This document shows, one piece after another, positions 37,101 through 49,100 of a stretch of DNA of 64,000 nt. The DNA comes from Oikopleura dioica (lineage: Eukaryota; Animalia; Chordata), in NCBI GenBank assembly GCA_907165135.1, contig OU015570.1, positions 1,881,929 to 1,945,928 of the forward strand, written 5' to 3'. Within the stretch, counting starts at the first letter, position 1; each line of letters opens with the position of its first letter. A model generated the notes under the pieces. It did no database searches. It was not told where the DNA came from and saw nothing but the letters and a program-made list of their open reading frames with translations. The translations under genes were made by a program, and so were the position numbers.

Positions 37101-40100
37101 GCAGAGGGCAGGAGAGTAGAAATCCCTATCGAGACTATGCAGGAACTCCTACAATTCTCCCCCCTGCCGGGACAGAAAAAGGAAAAAGGAGAAAAGGGAT
37201 GAACTGACTGAGCGCGCGCACACCATAATGATAATTCTCACGGAGCGCCCACCCTCAGCCAGAATCAAAGCATTTTGATTATAAAATGAAGCGCATGTTC
37301 TAGCTTGACTAGTAAGGATAGGCCGCATGTACCGAATGTTTTAATAAATGTGTAAGGGTCAATGACGACAGTATAAAAACATTCCCTCATCTTCACGAGA
37401 TGACAATGTACTGAGACCCATACAAACTAAAAGGCTAAATAAAAGATTAAATATAACACGTCAAAAGACCAACTTTTTGGTCAACTCAAAATGGGTTAAT
37501 CAAATTGGTAAAAATTAAGCAATTTATTACGACTTGCTTCTTCGGCCCCCCCGCACGCGAAATATGTGGGCCCCTTTTAGGAAGACGTAATAAATAAAAT
37601 TTCTTTGCAGTAAAGAAAATTGCGCGCGCTACCGTTGCAATAAAAAGTTAACGTAATTACATATAATCTTAGTCGCAAACTGCAGCTATGATTAGTGTAA
37701 AATCCAAAATTGAGAAAAATAAGCGATTTTACTCAAAGTTTGTCGCAACTTTTCGGTAAGATAGAGAAAAAATAAGATAAGCAAGAGAAAATGTCAAATT
37801 TAAAAAAATTACTAAGGAATCGAAATGGATCCATCAGAAAGAGAGAAAAATGATAAGAATGATAAGCCCCGATGGGTAAGCTAAGAGAGAAATAACAGTG
37901 ATGACAACTAACAGACTATAAGAGAGCTGACTGCAAGCCTCGTTGCTTTAGAGTTGGTTATAATCCGAAAATTAATTTTCACACTTGAAAATTAATAACA
38001 TAAAGAGTAAACACTAAACATGTCATTACAGATTATAAAGAGAATCTAGATAAATTCTTTTACACCAATCTTCACTGAAGCTTCTGGGGCGACACCGAGG
38101 AAGGACATTGACCAGAACCAAGATGGAATTGCATCGACGTCTATCATCCTGGATTGTAAAAATGCCACGATGTCATCCGAATCCGAGGAGAGTCCTCAAG
38201 ACACAGTTCCGGAGAGGGCAGCTGACGAAGAATCCACTCAATCCAATTTACAGGTTTTTTTTTTTTTGCTTTTGAACGTCGTAGTAAAAGAATGAAAATT
38301 AGCCAATTTATCGACGAAGCTTGCGAGATTCAGATATGAGTTTGGAGAAGATTTTGGCCACATCGAAACGACAAGTCACAGATCCACCCGCACGCATATT
38401 GCTTCTCCAGTTGCCCTCGATGGGGTATTTCGACCGAAATGACCCAGAACTTGGCCATCGCAATATCTTAGCAATCGAGAGCATTGGATCCTCAGGAGAA
38501 TTCCTGACTTATTCTTTCTACCTCGAAGGTTTTCGTGTTCGCTACATTCTTTGCTCATTGTTTTCTAGGGGTCAAGGCTTTTCTTGACATATACGACGGC
38601 TGGTCCTGGATGTCCAGTATCACCTTACCAAGTAAGGAAGGACCGAAGCTTGCCCTCAATGCCTTCAAATGCCGAATTGGAGACCTTCCAAACCCGATGA
38701 TTCGCTACCACGCGAAGACTCCTCCAGAATTTCGCCGGAAGAAGAAGGAACTGGAAAAGGAGTTTCCCCAGCTGACCTTTTCGAACTTTCTGCGACACGC
38801 CAGTTATTTACCAGGCCATGGTCAGCAGGTGGGCTTGGAAGGTCTGCGTTGGTCGCGTAACCGGTTGTATCTCCCACGCGAGGCAGCGAAGAAGGTCGAG
38901 CTCGAGAAAACATTCAGTTCGCATCTTGCAGAGAGTTACATGCAAATTACTCTCAAATTTCAAAAACAACTTGAGCTGTCCACCAATACTTCCGAAAATT
39001 AGTCGATTCCATCTGTGAAATCTGTTCACTTTAGAGTAGAGTAGATTGTTGAATCTCCATTTGCTTTAGAATCAATTGATGTCTCGACGGAGTTCAGAAG
39101 TTTCCGATCTATTTGATGATCAAGAAAGCAACCGTGTGTCTACCGCGATTGTGAGGCCCAGAATTGCGAACCAGCAGTCATCTTCTCCATCAAGTAATGA
39201 TGAAGCTGATGATGAAGATAATATTCCTACGCCGGCCCCACGAAGACAACCATTAGCAATAACGATCGATAATCCACCCGAAAGGGAAAGTCCTCCAGTT
39301 TTGGTGACTTTCGACGATCGTGCATCCAGAAATAATGGCTTTCCACGACAGACAGTATCCATCCAACGGCCATTAGCCAGGACTGGATTCACTCCAAGCC
39401 GTTTCATAACAAATCGTAGGTTAATTTCTCCACCAGCTTTTAACGAATTAAAGGCGATGCTGACCCTTTCGACGGCGTTTCGCTGGAGACACTGCTTTAT
39501 TCCAGCAACAGCTTCATCGCAGGCCAGTTGTCCCATCTAGGGAGACAAATTCAATTGGGCGAGCGCCGTATTGTCTTCGAGGACGAAGATTTGATTCTTC
39601 TTTCTCGAAGATTGTACGGCGATATTCCCATTCAAATCGTCACAATCCTGTCAGACGTCGTGCACTGCTGCGTCTGTCGTTACAACGGCCGATTGGATTG
39701 TCATATAGGTGGGAAGGCAGTACGGATGTACAGGTACACTCTCGAGGGAACGGTGAGAGATCGTCGACTCGTCATTCCATTACTCAAAACGGAGCTCATC
39801 AGCGACTTGAGTAGCTCCAGGTCCGGCACTATATTCAATTATGCACGACTTATCTCTATTCATAGATTCAAAAGTGTAAATGTGGGCTTCCATTTCGTCG
39901 AACGGTACCAAGGATTCGCCCTCGTCAGCATTGCATGTGCACCGGTTTAGCTTCTTTTCTCTATCTGTTTTTCTCATTCCATTTTAGTGATCCCTCTTTG
40001 TAGCAGCAAACAGCTCCACTCGACGCAGCATGTCTTAGTTACCCTTTCGAATAAACAACTGTAGTCAGAATATTCTTCTTGAACTGTTTCATTCTCAGTG

Positions 40101-43100
40101 ACTGTGTGCAAATGCGCGGCACTGTGTCACCAGTAGCATCAGAGCGGAGTGTTGTTTATGAAGTAAAAATTGAGTTATTCGCAGCAGAAGTGGTTTGTAG
40201 TAGAGAGAAGGTTGATCCGTAGTCGTTTCATGTGCCAGTCCATTTGATCAAGTTAGAAAGTTTAGTCCACAGTTACAATCGAGAACCTCGAACAATATTC
40301 TCGTTCTCGGCGTTGTAATGTAGTCGATTCGTGATAAGCTCACTTCTTCCAAGGTGCCACTTGCTATAAACGTCTTTGCATACATGTTTCAAACATTTAC
40401 AGCCAGTTGCCAGGGCAATGATAAAGAGCACGAAAAATACCACACCAGCAACCGTTTTCGCAGTGGTCTCATGCTTACTGTCCAAGTTGAGCAGACCAGT
40501 TATGAAAGATTCTTTCTTGATAATGTCTTTCTCGTGCTGGTTTGACGTATCTTGTAGTCGCTCAATCTTCTTGTTCATCATCGACATTTCTCTCATTCGA
40601 ATGTCTGATTCAGCCTTCTCATAGGGAATGTGATCTAGCTCAGATTTGACTGTGTCGATCGTCGAATTTCCCTCATTTGGTGGTACTTCCCGAGTAACTC
40701 CATCGCAGTCGATGCTTGCCCCTTCAACAGTAAGTAGTGTTGGTACCATTGCCGGGACAGTTTCTACCACTCGGCCAAGTTTGTTTGCCGAAGTACGGTG
40801 GGACGCATCCAGACGATTGCTTGACCACACTGCCAATCCTTGAGGCAAATTTTCACTGATACAAGAGGGTCCCTTGTAGTCAGAAGATCTGCAGAACATT
40901 TGAGCTGATCGCGAGTTATGTGCCAGAAGGCTTGAAAGACATCGCAAATTTTTATTCACCGTCGTCGACACTTCACCGAAATTGCAAATTGTGTACCTGC
41001 GATACATTTCCTCACGACAGTTCACTTCAAATAGGTGTTTTTCGCTCATGCCGACATAGCTCGGTAACGACGACAGTACTTGAAGTGTTCCTCGATTTTT
41101 AGATTGGTAAGGAAACGCTAATAGTCGCTTTCCAACGAAATCATCAACAAACTTCGGAACTTGAATTCGGATGTCAATCAGAATCTGATCATCTAGAATC
41201 CGTACGCGTCTCATGGAACAGCTGAAGGAATCCAGTATCTCAGTTGATGCGCATGCCTGCTCTTTTGTTGGATTCAGCGCCAGGCACGCATGTTTGAGCA
41301 GCTTCCGATGAATTCCTCCCGGCAAGAGTCCTTGACTGCACTGTCGGACGGCATCCTCAATTCTGTCTCGCAAATCAGAGTACCCGAGCCGGATTTCCAA
41401 GAGTCGCAGCTCGTTTACTGACTCTTGATTAGCCAAGCAAAGCTCATCTTTGAGCACAGAAATTTCGGAGTTAGTCGCTTTGATCGCAGTGTCCAGCTCA
41501 GATTCATCAATCATCTTGCGCGCCAGTTCCTGAATCTTTGCATCCTCAGTGTTCTCCAGGTTCCTGACCTCCGTATTGATTGATCCAGGACCGAGGGGCC
41601 CCCCATGGCTCCAATATTGGAGCCATGAGAGGTCTCTACGGCCACGTGAATGCCATTCGTCAAAGCAGAATCTGGTTTGAGTGTCTTTCAGAGTCGGATC
41701 ATTGTAGGCACTGGCGACGTAGTTGATAATATCTGACGCGATAGAACGCTGGACTCCATACTGACAATCAAATTGACTGCAGCATGTCGCTGGTTCTTCA
41801 CATTGCACGAGTTCTCCCATACCTTCATCCACTGGAGATCCATTTTCCACGCACACACCAGTATTCATGTCATTTTGTCGAACTCCTGGACCCGGATAAT
41901 ATGCAATCGTTGGAGCAGGTGTCGGCACGGTGGTCTTCGTCGCGGTGGTGGTCGTCGGCAGAGTAGTTGTCTTAGTTGTCGTTTTGGTCGTTGTGCTGGG
42001 GCGTTTCGTCGATGTCGAACTTTTTGTTGGCAAAGTCGTCTTGGATTCTTGGCGTGAGATGTTTACAACTGAGCTCTCAACCATATTTGAAGATTGTAGT
42101 CGATTACGAATTGAGTGTCTTGGTCGTCTGTCTCCCGGAACATCCCTCTGACGCGCTTGATCTCTGTCGGTGACTGGATCTTGCGACGGTCGGGGTTGTC
42201 CTCTGGGCTCAAACACCAGTCTGTTTCTCCTCGTTGGATTAAAGTTCAGCTTGTTCGTAGGCTGAGTCGTTGTCGTCGTTGTTGTTGTTGTTGTTGTTGG
42301 CTTGGTTGGTCGGCTTTCTCTGCCAATCGTGGAACTTTCAGTTGTTCTCCTTCGCCGGTTCCCAGTTTCTTCTCGAATCTCAGCCAAGAAGTCCTCCTTG
42401 AGCTGATCCACTTGTTTCTTCACCAACGCCAAAGTTGCATCAGCATCAATGACACTCTTTATCGTGTCTCGTTCGTCTGCAGAACAGTGAGCGAAGACGT
42501 CAGTCAAATCTGGTAGCTTATAGGAGATACTTATCGGAGATGATGTCTCTTCCTCGACGAGTAGCGTATTCTCCTTGTTCTCATTCACAATCATTATGTT
42601 CAAATCCGACACAACCGTGATGGCTGGTTCTTTCATCTTGCTCTCATCATTCGTTCTCTTGGTACTTGTTAGCTGAGTTTGTGGAGTTGTCTCTTGTGAC
42701 TTTTCACATCTCGACTCTTGGATGAAAAATAACAGAAAAATTATTCGCTTGAGCCTCATCTTGAAAAATTGTGAAGTGACGAGTCGACCAGGAGAGTAGT
42801 CGATAAAATAAGTTGGTCGTAATATTAAAGTGCTAAAGCATGCATCTTTGTCTCAGTCTCAGAGACTGGTGACATTATGAGTGAAGTTTTCTTGCTGATA
42901 TTGACAAACGTCAGAAGATAATTATTGGTAATGCGAGTTGATTAGACAGGTTGCGGTGAGTTGCACCTGGCGTAATCTTGGTGTCATTCAGTAAGGTAGT
43001 TTTGTTTCCTCATTCCTTCTTCCTGCTTCGTAGATTGTATGGAACGGGGCTCCGCTTCGCAGCGTCTCGGCGTGCGTGTAAGTCGAAACTCACCTTCTTC

Positions 43101-46100
43101 GAACCCGGCCGGGGTTTTTCCTCAGAATCAACTTGATTTTCTGGCATGACTTCCTCCAATTTCCGCTGTTCAAGACTTTCTCGCAAATTCGTCAGTTCTT
43201 CGACCTTCCTTATTTTGTCAATGGCTTTTGTGAACTTTACATGTCGAACCTTGCCACCAGCATCGTCCGAGTTCACAAGCGATACTGTATTATGCAGCTT
43301 ATGTACTTCCAACACTCTGTAAGTGTCCTTCGACCATTTTAACTGGGCACGTTTTGGCAGACGAGCCTTCGGCTCCACACGTATTCGAACCAAATCACCT
43401 TGTTTGACTCTTGGCTCGATGGTCGTTTTCTCCGACATAATCTCCTCGTCAATCTTATTCCACAATTTTTCGCGTATTCTCTCCAACTCGACGTTGAGTA
43501 GCTTGATGTAATCATTCGTGCTCGTGCTACGAATTCGAGGTGGTAAGCGAATTCCAAGTGTTGCATCTTGTCCATAGACAATTTCAGCGGGTGCTGGTCC
43601 CTCCTTGGTCTTGGTGTTGTTGATCTCGAAACTTATCAGTTGCACCACCGTATCAAGCTCTTGTAGACTCAAGTGCAGAGGTATTTGGCCATCCGCTGTG
43701 AGAGTGCTCAGTCTCTCCTGGACATCCCGATTTCGTCTTTCCACACGTCCATTCGCTCGAGAGTTTCCTCCTGACGTATGAGTCAATGTCGCACCCAAGT
43801 TGAGTAGCATCTCCTTGAATTCTGGCGATTTGTACGTTCCATGGTTGTCACAAATTACTTCTGATGGTAAGTTCATTCGTAGCAGAATCTTCGTCACAAT
43901 TTCCAGTGTATCTGACATCTTCTCAGTTGGCAACGCAGCCATTTCCACAAATCCCGAAAACGCACATCTTGCAACCGCAATATAATACGGTCTCGAGTGA
44001 ACGCTTCTGGTATGGACAAATGAAGGGAAGCCACCGTCATGACCTCATCCTTCTCTTGTTTTTCGGTCATCGTCGTCGGTAAGGAAGTGCCCGAAGGTTC
44101 AGCATCAATCCACTCGCCCAGAAGAGTCCGTACTTGAAGAAGCGGTTCCTTCGTTTTCGTTGCAATTCGCACCGGTGATTCTAGACTTATCACTTTCCTT
44201 GACAGTAAATCCGTCAAGTGGAAGGACTCATCATCTCCCCGACTCCACTCGCATTTGAATTGAAACGTATTCAAGAACAACAGGCTTCTTGTGATCGGAT
44301 TCGAGCTTGTTAGAGTAATACTTCCTCCAGAACGCAGCAAATGAAACACTGACTGGTTGTCAACTATCAGAGTGAAATCACGTCCAACCAGAAATCCAGC
44401 ATTTACTCGAACTCCAGACGCAGCCGAATACAATTCCTTGGTCGGAATAGACCAAGAATATTGCGTTTTTGTAAATTGCCGCGAATCCACTGTGATTATT
44501 TCTTCGCGACCACTTTTCCGTTGGCTTAAGACAGCTCCATAGGCCTTGACCGAGGCGTCAGTCCGCAAGACAAATTCTGCAGACAAGTCGGGTTTTGTAA
44601 GAAGTATATTCTTGGCCACATGCTCAAGCAGATTTTTCCAAGCTCTCTTCGCTTCAGTCGATTCTGGCTTGTAGTTGCCATTCTCTCGTGCCCACTCAAA
44701 TATCGGTTGCGCCGCATGCGCAAAATTTGGAATGCTCGTTCGAAAGTACGCCACTGAGCAAATTGCTTTTCGTAACGCTTTCCAAGTCAAAGGCACTTCG
44801 AGTTTCAAGAGCGAATCAACCCGCTTTCGACATGGTTTGTATCCTGCCTGACTCACCTCATAACCAAAGACAGTTATCTGTCTTCGCATGAAGTAACTCT
44901 TCTCGGGTGATATCACCAAATTCGCATCCGACAGACGATCCAGAAATCTCTCCAGCAATTCCTTGTGTTCTTGCTGAGTGTTTGAACACAAGGTGATATC
45001 ATCCACGTAACAGAATACATTCGGCTCATCCTTCGCCAAGACGCCTGCGGTCAGTGATTGAACAAAGCTCGTGAGCAATCTCCCTCCAAAGGGGCACCGT
45101 CTAAAAACGTAGGCCTGCCCCTTCGGAGAAAGAAACGAGTAGTGATAACGATCATCCGCATGGATGTTAAACTGGTGAAACGCAGCCTTTAGATCCAAGG
45201 AGGAGTAGTACTTGTAACCCGACAGATTTTGCAGAATCGTTGAAATTGGCGGAAGAGGATAGTTTTTATCAGGGATTGTAACTGCATTGAGCGGCCTCAA
45301 GTCTAGGCACGCCCTCAGTTTCCCCGAAGCCTTCTTGACGATTACCCATGAGGCACATATAATGTCGATATTCGATACCTTTTCAACCACATTCTGTGCT
45401 TCGAGCTCTTCAATGTGGTTTTGAAGGTATTCTTTATGTGCACTCGCCACTGGGATCGGTTTTCGCGGTTGTGGCCTCGCGGTACTGGTGTTAATTCTGT
45501 AGGGATAATTGTACCGGAAACCAGGCCCAATGTCTGACTCCGACCTGGAAAAGACTGAGTCATTGTTGCGAATAACATCCATAGCCATCTCCTTTTCTGC
45601 CTCATTGAGACCTGTCATGTCAAATTTTTCCATCTCCAACTTCGGTAGTGACATCTGTCTTCTCATATGAGGTGGATTCTTGTGTTCGATTTCTTTACAC
45701 TCGTGGTTTTGACGCTCGATCTTCTTCTTTAAGCTCGCGATGAGTCCTGGTTCCACGGCCACTTTTGCTGCAACACAGAACACAGTACTCTCATCCAAAC
45801 GTAAAGGCGTTGTGTGCGGATTTCTCAAGACCATTTTGTCACCATGGACAACAGCTGGAATGCCTTGATGATCTTTGTATTTACCTATCAGGTTGATGCT
45901 ATACCAGGCTGATTCATCCAGTTCTGTACTCACAGTTACTCGAGCTTCACCGAAAGGCTCTACCACCGCTGTTTGATGTACTCGTATTGTCTCATCTGTG
46001 AGTAATCTCAGCCGATGAGCATAGTTGTTCCACCTGTTCTTCATGGTGCAGTACCTTTGGTCAAATTGTAAAATGAAGTCAGCCAACACTGAGTACGGAA

Positions 46101-49100
46101 GAATGAGTTCGAACGAAAGATTTGGTATGACATAGAGTTCTATTTCCGGTACAATGTTTGAACCTGATCTCGCATGATCAATCGCAAGTCGAACCACTCG
46201 ATTGCTCTTAGCCGAGATCCGATTCGAAAATCCAATCAAGTCCAACTCCTTCTCCACAGCTTTTGCATCTTTCGCCAAAGGGTGATCTTCATGAATGGCT
46301 CCTACCATGCTGCCAGTATCCAAGAGGGCTTGGCAGTTGATTCCAAAAGATTTGTCCGCATCCGGAGACCTCGCTTTCACAAGGACCACCGGAAGCTTCG
46401 GCATTTTCTCCATAAGCGTTGTTAGTAGCAGTTAATTTTCAGCATGCAAATCGTTGTAGTTAGGTCACTAATTGCGTCTCTCGCGTGACTGATGCCGAGA
46501 CTGGTTGCGCGATGAGTGTCTTGATGAATCTCTTGAGCCGTATCTCGAGCCCGAAGTACTTCGTGTCCGATAACTATAGGCGGAATCCCGCGAGCGAGAT
46601 CTGTCTTGTCTCCCTCCTCGTGACTCTCGAGAATTGCTTCTCTCTCGTCTATCACGATCACTCTTCCGGTTTCCGTAGTTGTCTTTTCGATTCCTCGAAG
46701 CACTTCTGTCGTTCTCTCTATTTGATTGCTTAGGATACGGAGTAGCTTGTCGGCGTGACCGACTCAGACTTCTTTTATAGCGCCCTCTTTGCTTTGGGTT
46801 CGCCATGCACTCATGTTTTGTATGACCTTTCATTCCACACTTGTAGCACTTTAGTGTCCTCGGATCTCGTCCTTCGTTGACACTTATATTCGTCATGTGC
46901 TGAGCTGTCTGTTCCATTGCCTCCGCCGCTTCATTTGCTAAGTTGCCAAGCATTGCAAACTCAACTCTCTTCGTATTCAATCGAACATGTTCTGCCACTC
47001 TCGGCTGCTTCAACCCCCTCGTGAAAAGATGAATCAGATCCATCTGTCTGTCGTCCTCATAGATTTCGGCTGGTCCTGGCGGAGACATGTCCCTCGCAAG
47101 GTAATACTCTCGAATGCACCTCATGAAGAAGCTGAGCGGTGATTCCGTAGCACCCTGTTTGAGGTTGTCAAGATTTGCTCGCTGCTTCATTGCTGATCCT
47201 CCATGCGCTCTCTTCAAGTGAGCAACGAAAATGTCCACATTATTTCTGCTTTGAGGCGTCAATTCACGGAAAATATCCATTCTGTCACTCTTCTCGAGTG
47301 CTGAGTAGATTATCTCAAAGTCATTCATGGGCGTGACCATTCGAAACACATATAACTTGTCAATAAAGTCATTTAGGTTGCTAAGTCTCTGCGCATGAGA
47401 TGAGCCCTTCTCCCACGTCGGAGGTTTAATCGATGTTTTAAAGTAGGATTTGTCTTGCATTCTTCCAACTTCCCTTCTTGAAGCCACTTCTCCATACTCT
47501 CGCGGTCGCGACTCATCCCGGTATTCTTCACGTCGTCCCTCATAAGACGGGTAACGTAGAAAACGGTGATTTCGATCCCGAGAGAGTGGTCTGTCGTCTA
47601 TCCATATCGACTCACGTTCATTACTCCGCGCCTGATTACGGCCACCCGGTGAGTTTTGACATCCAGTTTGATGTGCCAGTCCGCAACACCGTCTTTCTCG
47701 ACTCCGTCCACGTCGTTCCAGATCAAGATCCATCCTCATCTCAGCCTCACTCCTCATCGAAGCATTCAGACTCTTATTTTTCTCCGATAGATCATTGAGG
47801 AAACTAGTGATTTCTTTACGAGCCTTTTCACGATGTCTCTCGAATTGAACCCTGGTGTTTCTTCCGTCTTGCGGTTGACCACTAAGTGCACCACTAATTG
47901 TGCCACTAATTGGTTGTTGCGTCGAGACTGCGGTCGCAGTTCGCGCAGGGTCGCTCGTCTGCCCGACTCTCTGCGTCGTCGGTTCAACCGGTGTTGATTG
48001 CCCTACTGACGCAACACCAGGTGCTTTGCGGGTTGGAGTAATCTGACGTCTGATCTTCTGAATAAAGGTCTCTCCTCGTTCATCATTCTTCCTCCGTAGC
48101 TCTTCTTGAAGATCTCCGCACCTTTCCAGCGTCTCTCGATATCTCTCTTTCAGATTTCGATTTTCAGCTTCCAACTCTCGAGTCTTTTCAGTGTCGTGAC
48201 TCAATTCATCTTGTAACTCTTGAATGACTTGACGTAAACTTGCAATTTTTTCCTCATACATTGTTTGATTCTCAACCACCTCGAGCTGAATCTTCTCCAA
48301 TGTAGCAGCCTGTTCCGCTTCAAAATTTTCAAAGAGGCACGTCACATCCATTTGTTGTTTTACCTCATGAGCCTTCTGTTTCTGATCTTCTAAGCACTTC
48401 TCTGCTTTGTACGCCAAATCATCCAAATCTTCCTTACTCACAAGTGTCACTTCACCAAAGTGTCACTTCACCAATTTTCTTCAATCGTATCATTTTCCTG
48501 AAGTTTTCATCAAGCTTATCCATGGCTTCTATGATTTTCGTCACTTCCGTCATTTGATCTGGGGCTTCAAGATCGTAGCAGGCAGACTTCGGATACTTGT
48601 CCTTCGGTGCTGCAACAAGTCTATGTAGTTCCAGATCATAGAATTCCAACATTCCGGCAAGCAAACTTGTAGGAAACCGAATCGGGACTCTCGTTATTCC
48701 AGCATTGTCCTCATACTTGTTTTTCAAGAAGTTCAGAACATCTGTGTTGTTTTTTCCTCTGAGAGTCGTCTCCTTGTGTCCGATTGCATCCAGAAGTTTC
48801 ACATCAAGACTGGTTATCGAGTAGGTGTACCTCATGTTGCGCCACAGGCCAGTAGTACTGGTGTAGTAGTCTGGGGTTGCGAGTTCTTCACTTCAGTCAC
48901 CAATTGTTGGAGTGACCTGCTAGTCTCTAACACAATCTCATTCGTTTTCAATTCTAGTTTATTGCAGAGTATCAAGTAGATTATATATCATGCACACAGC
49001 GCCCCCAGCAGAGGGCAGGAGAGTAGAAATCCCTATCGAGACTATGCAGGAACTCCTACACGTCCAAGATCGTCCGAGTCCATTGAGAAGCTGAGCCGAT

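Larger units (their letters stand above)
36998..49060 (-). mobile_element. E4: env-bearing Ty3/gypsy (Tor-like) retroelement nested in E3 pol
   Basis: 156-bp LTRs 36998-37153 and 48905-49060, no difference seen; TG...CA; TSD CGTC; PBS TGGTGACTGAAG; PPT ggcaggggggagaa. Confidence 0.97.

Noticed and set aside
38370-38460. 3'-5' exonuclease (DEDD) similarity of gene A from RILLLQL
   Set aside because: No preceding DxE motif or later acidic motifs in the expected order.
38511-38587. Treating the antisense ORF pairs in E4 as frameshifted pseudogenes
   Set aside because: Short GT-AG introns explain both frame changes exactly, so splicing is the simpler model, though it is unverified.
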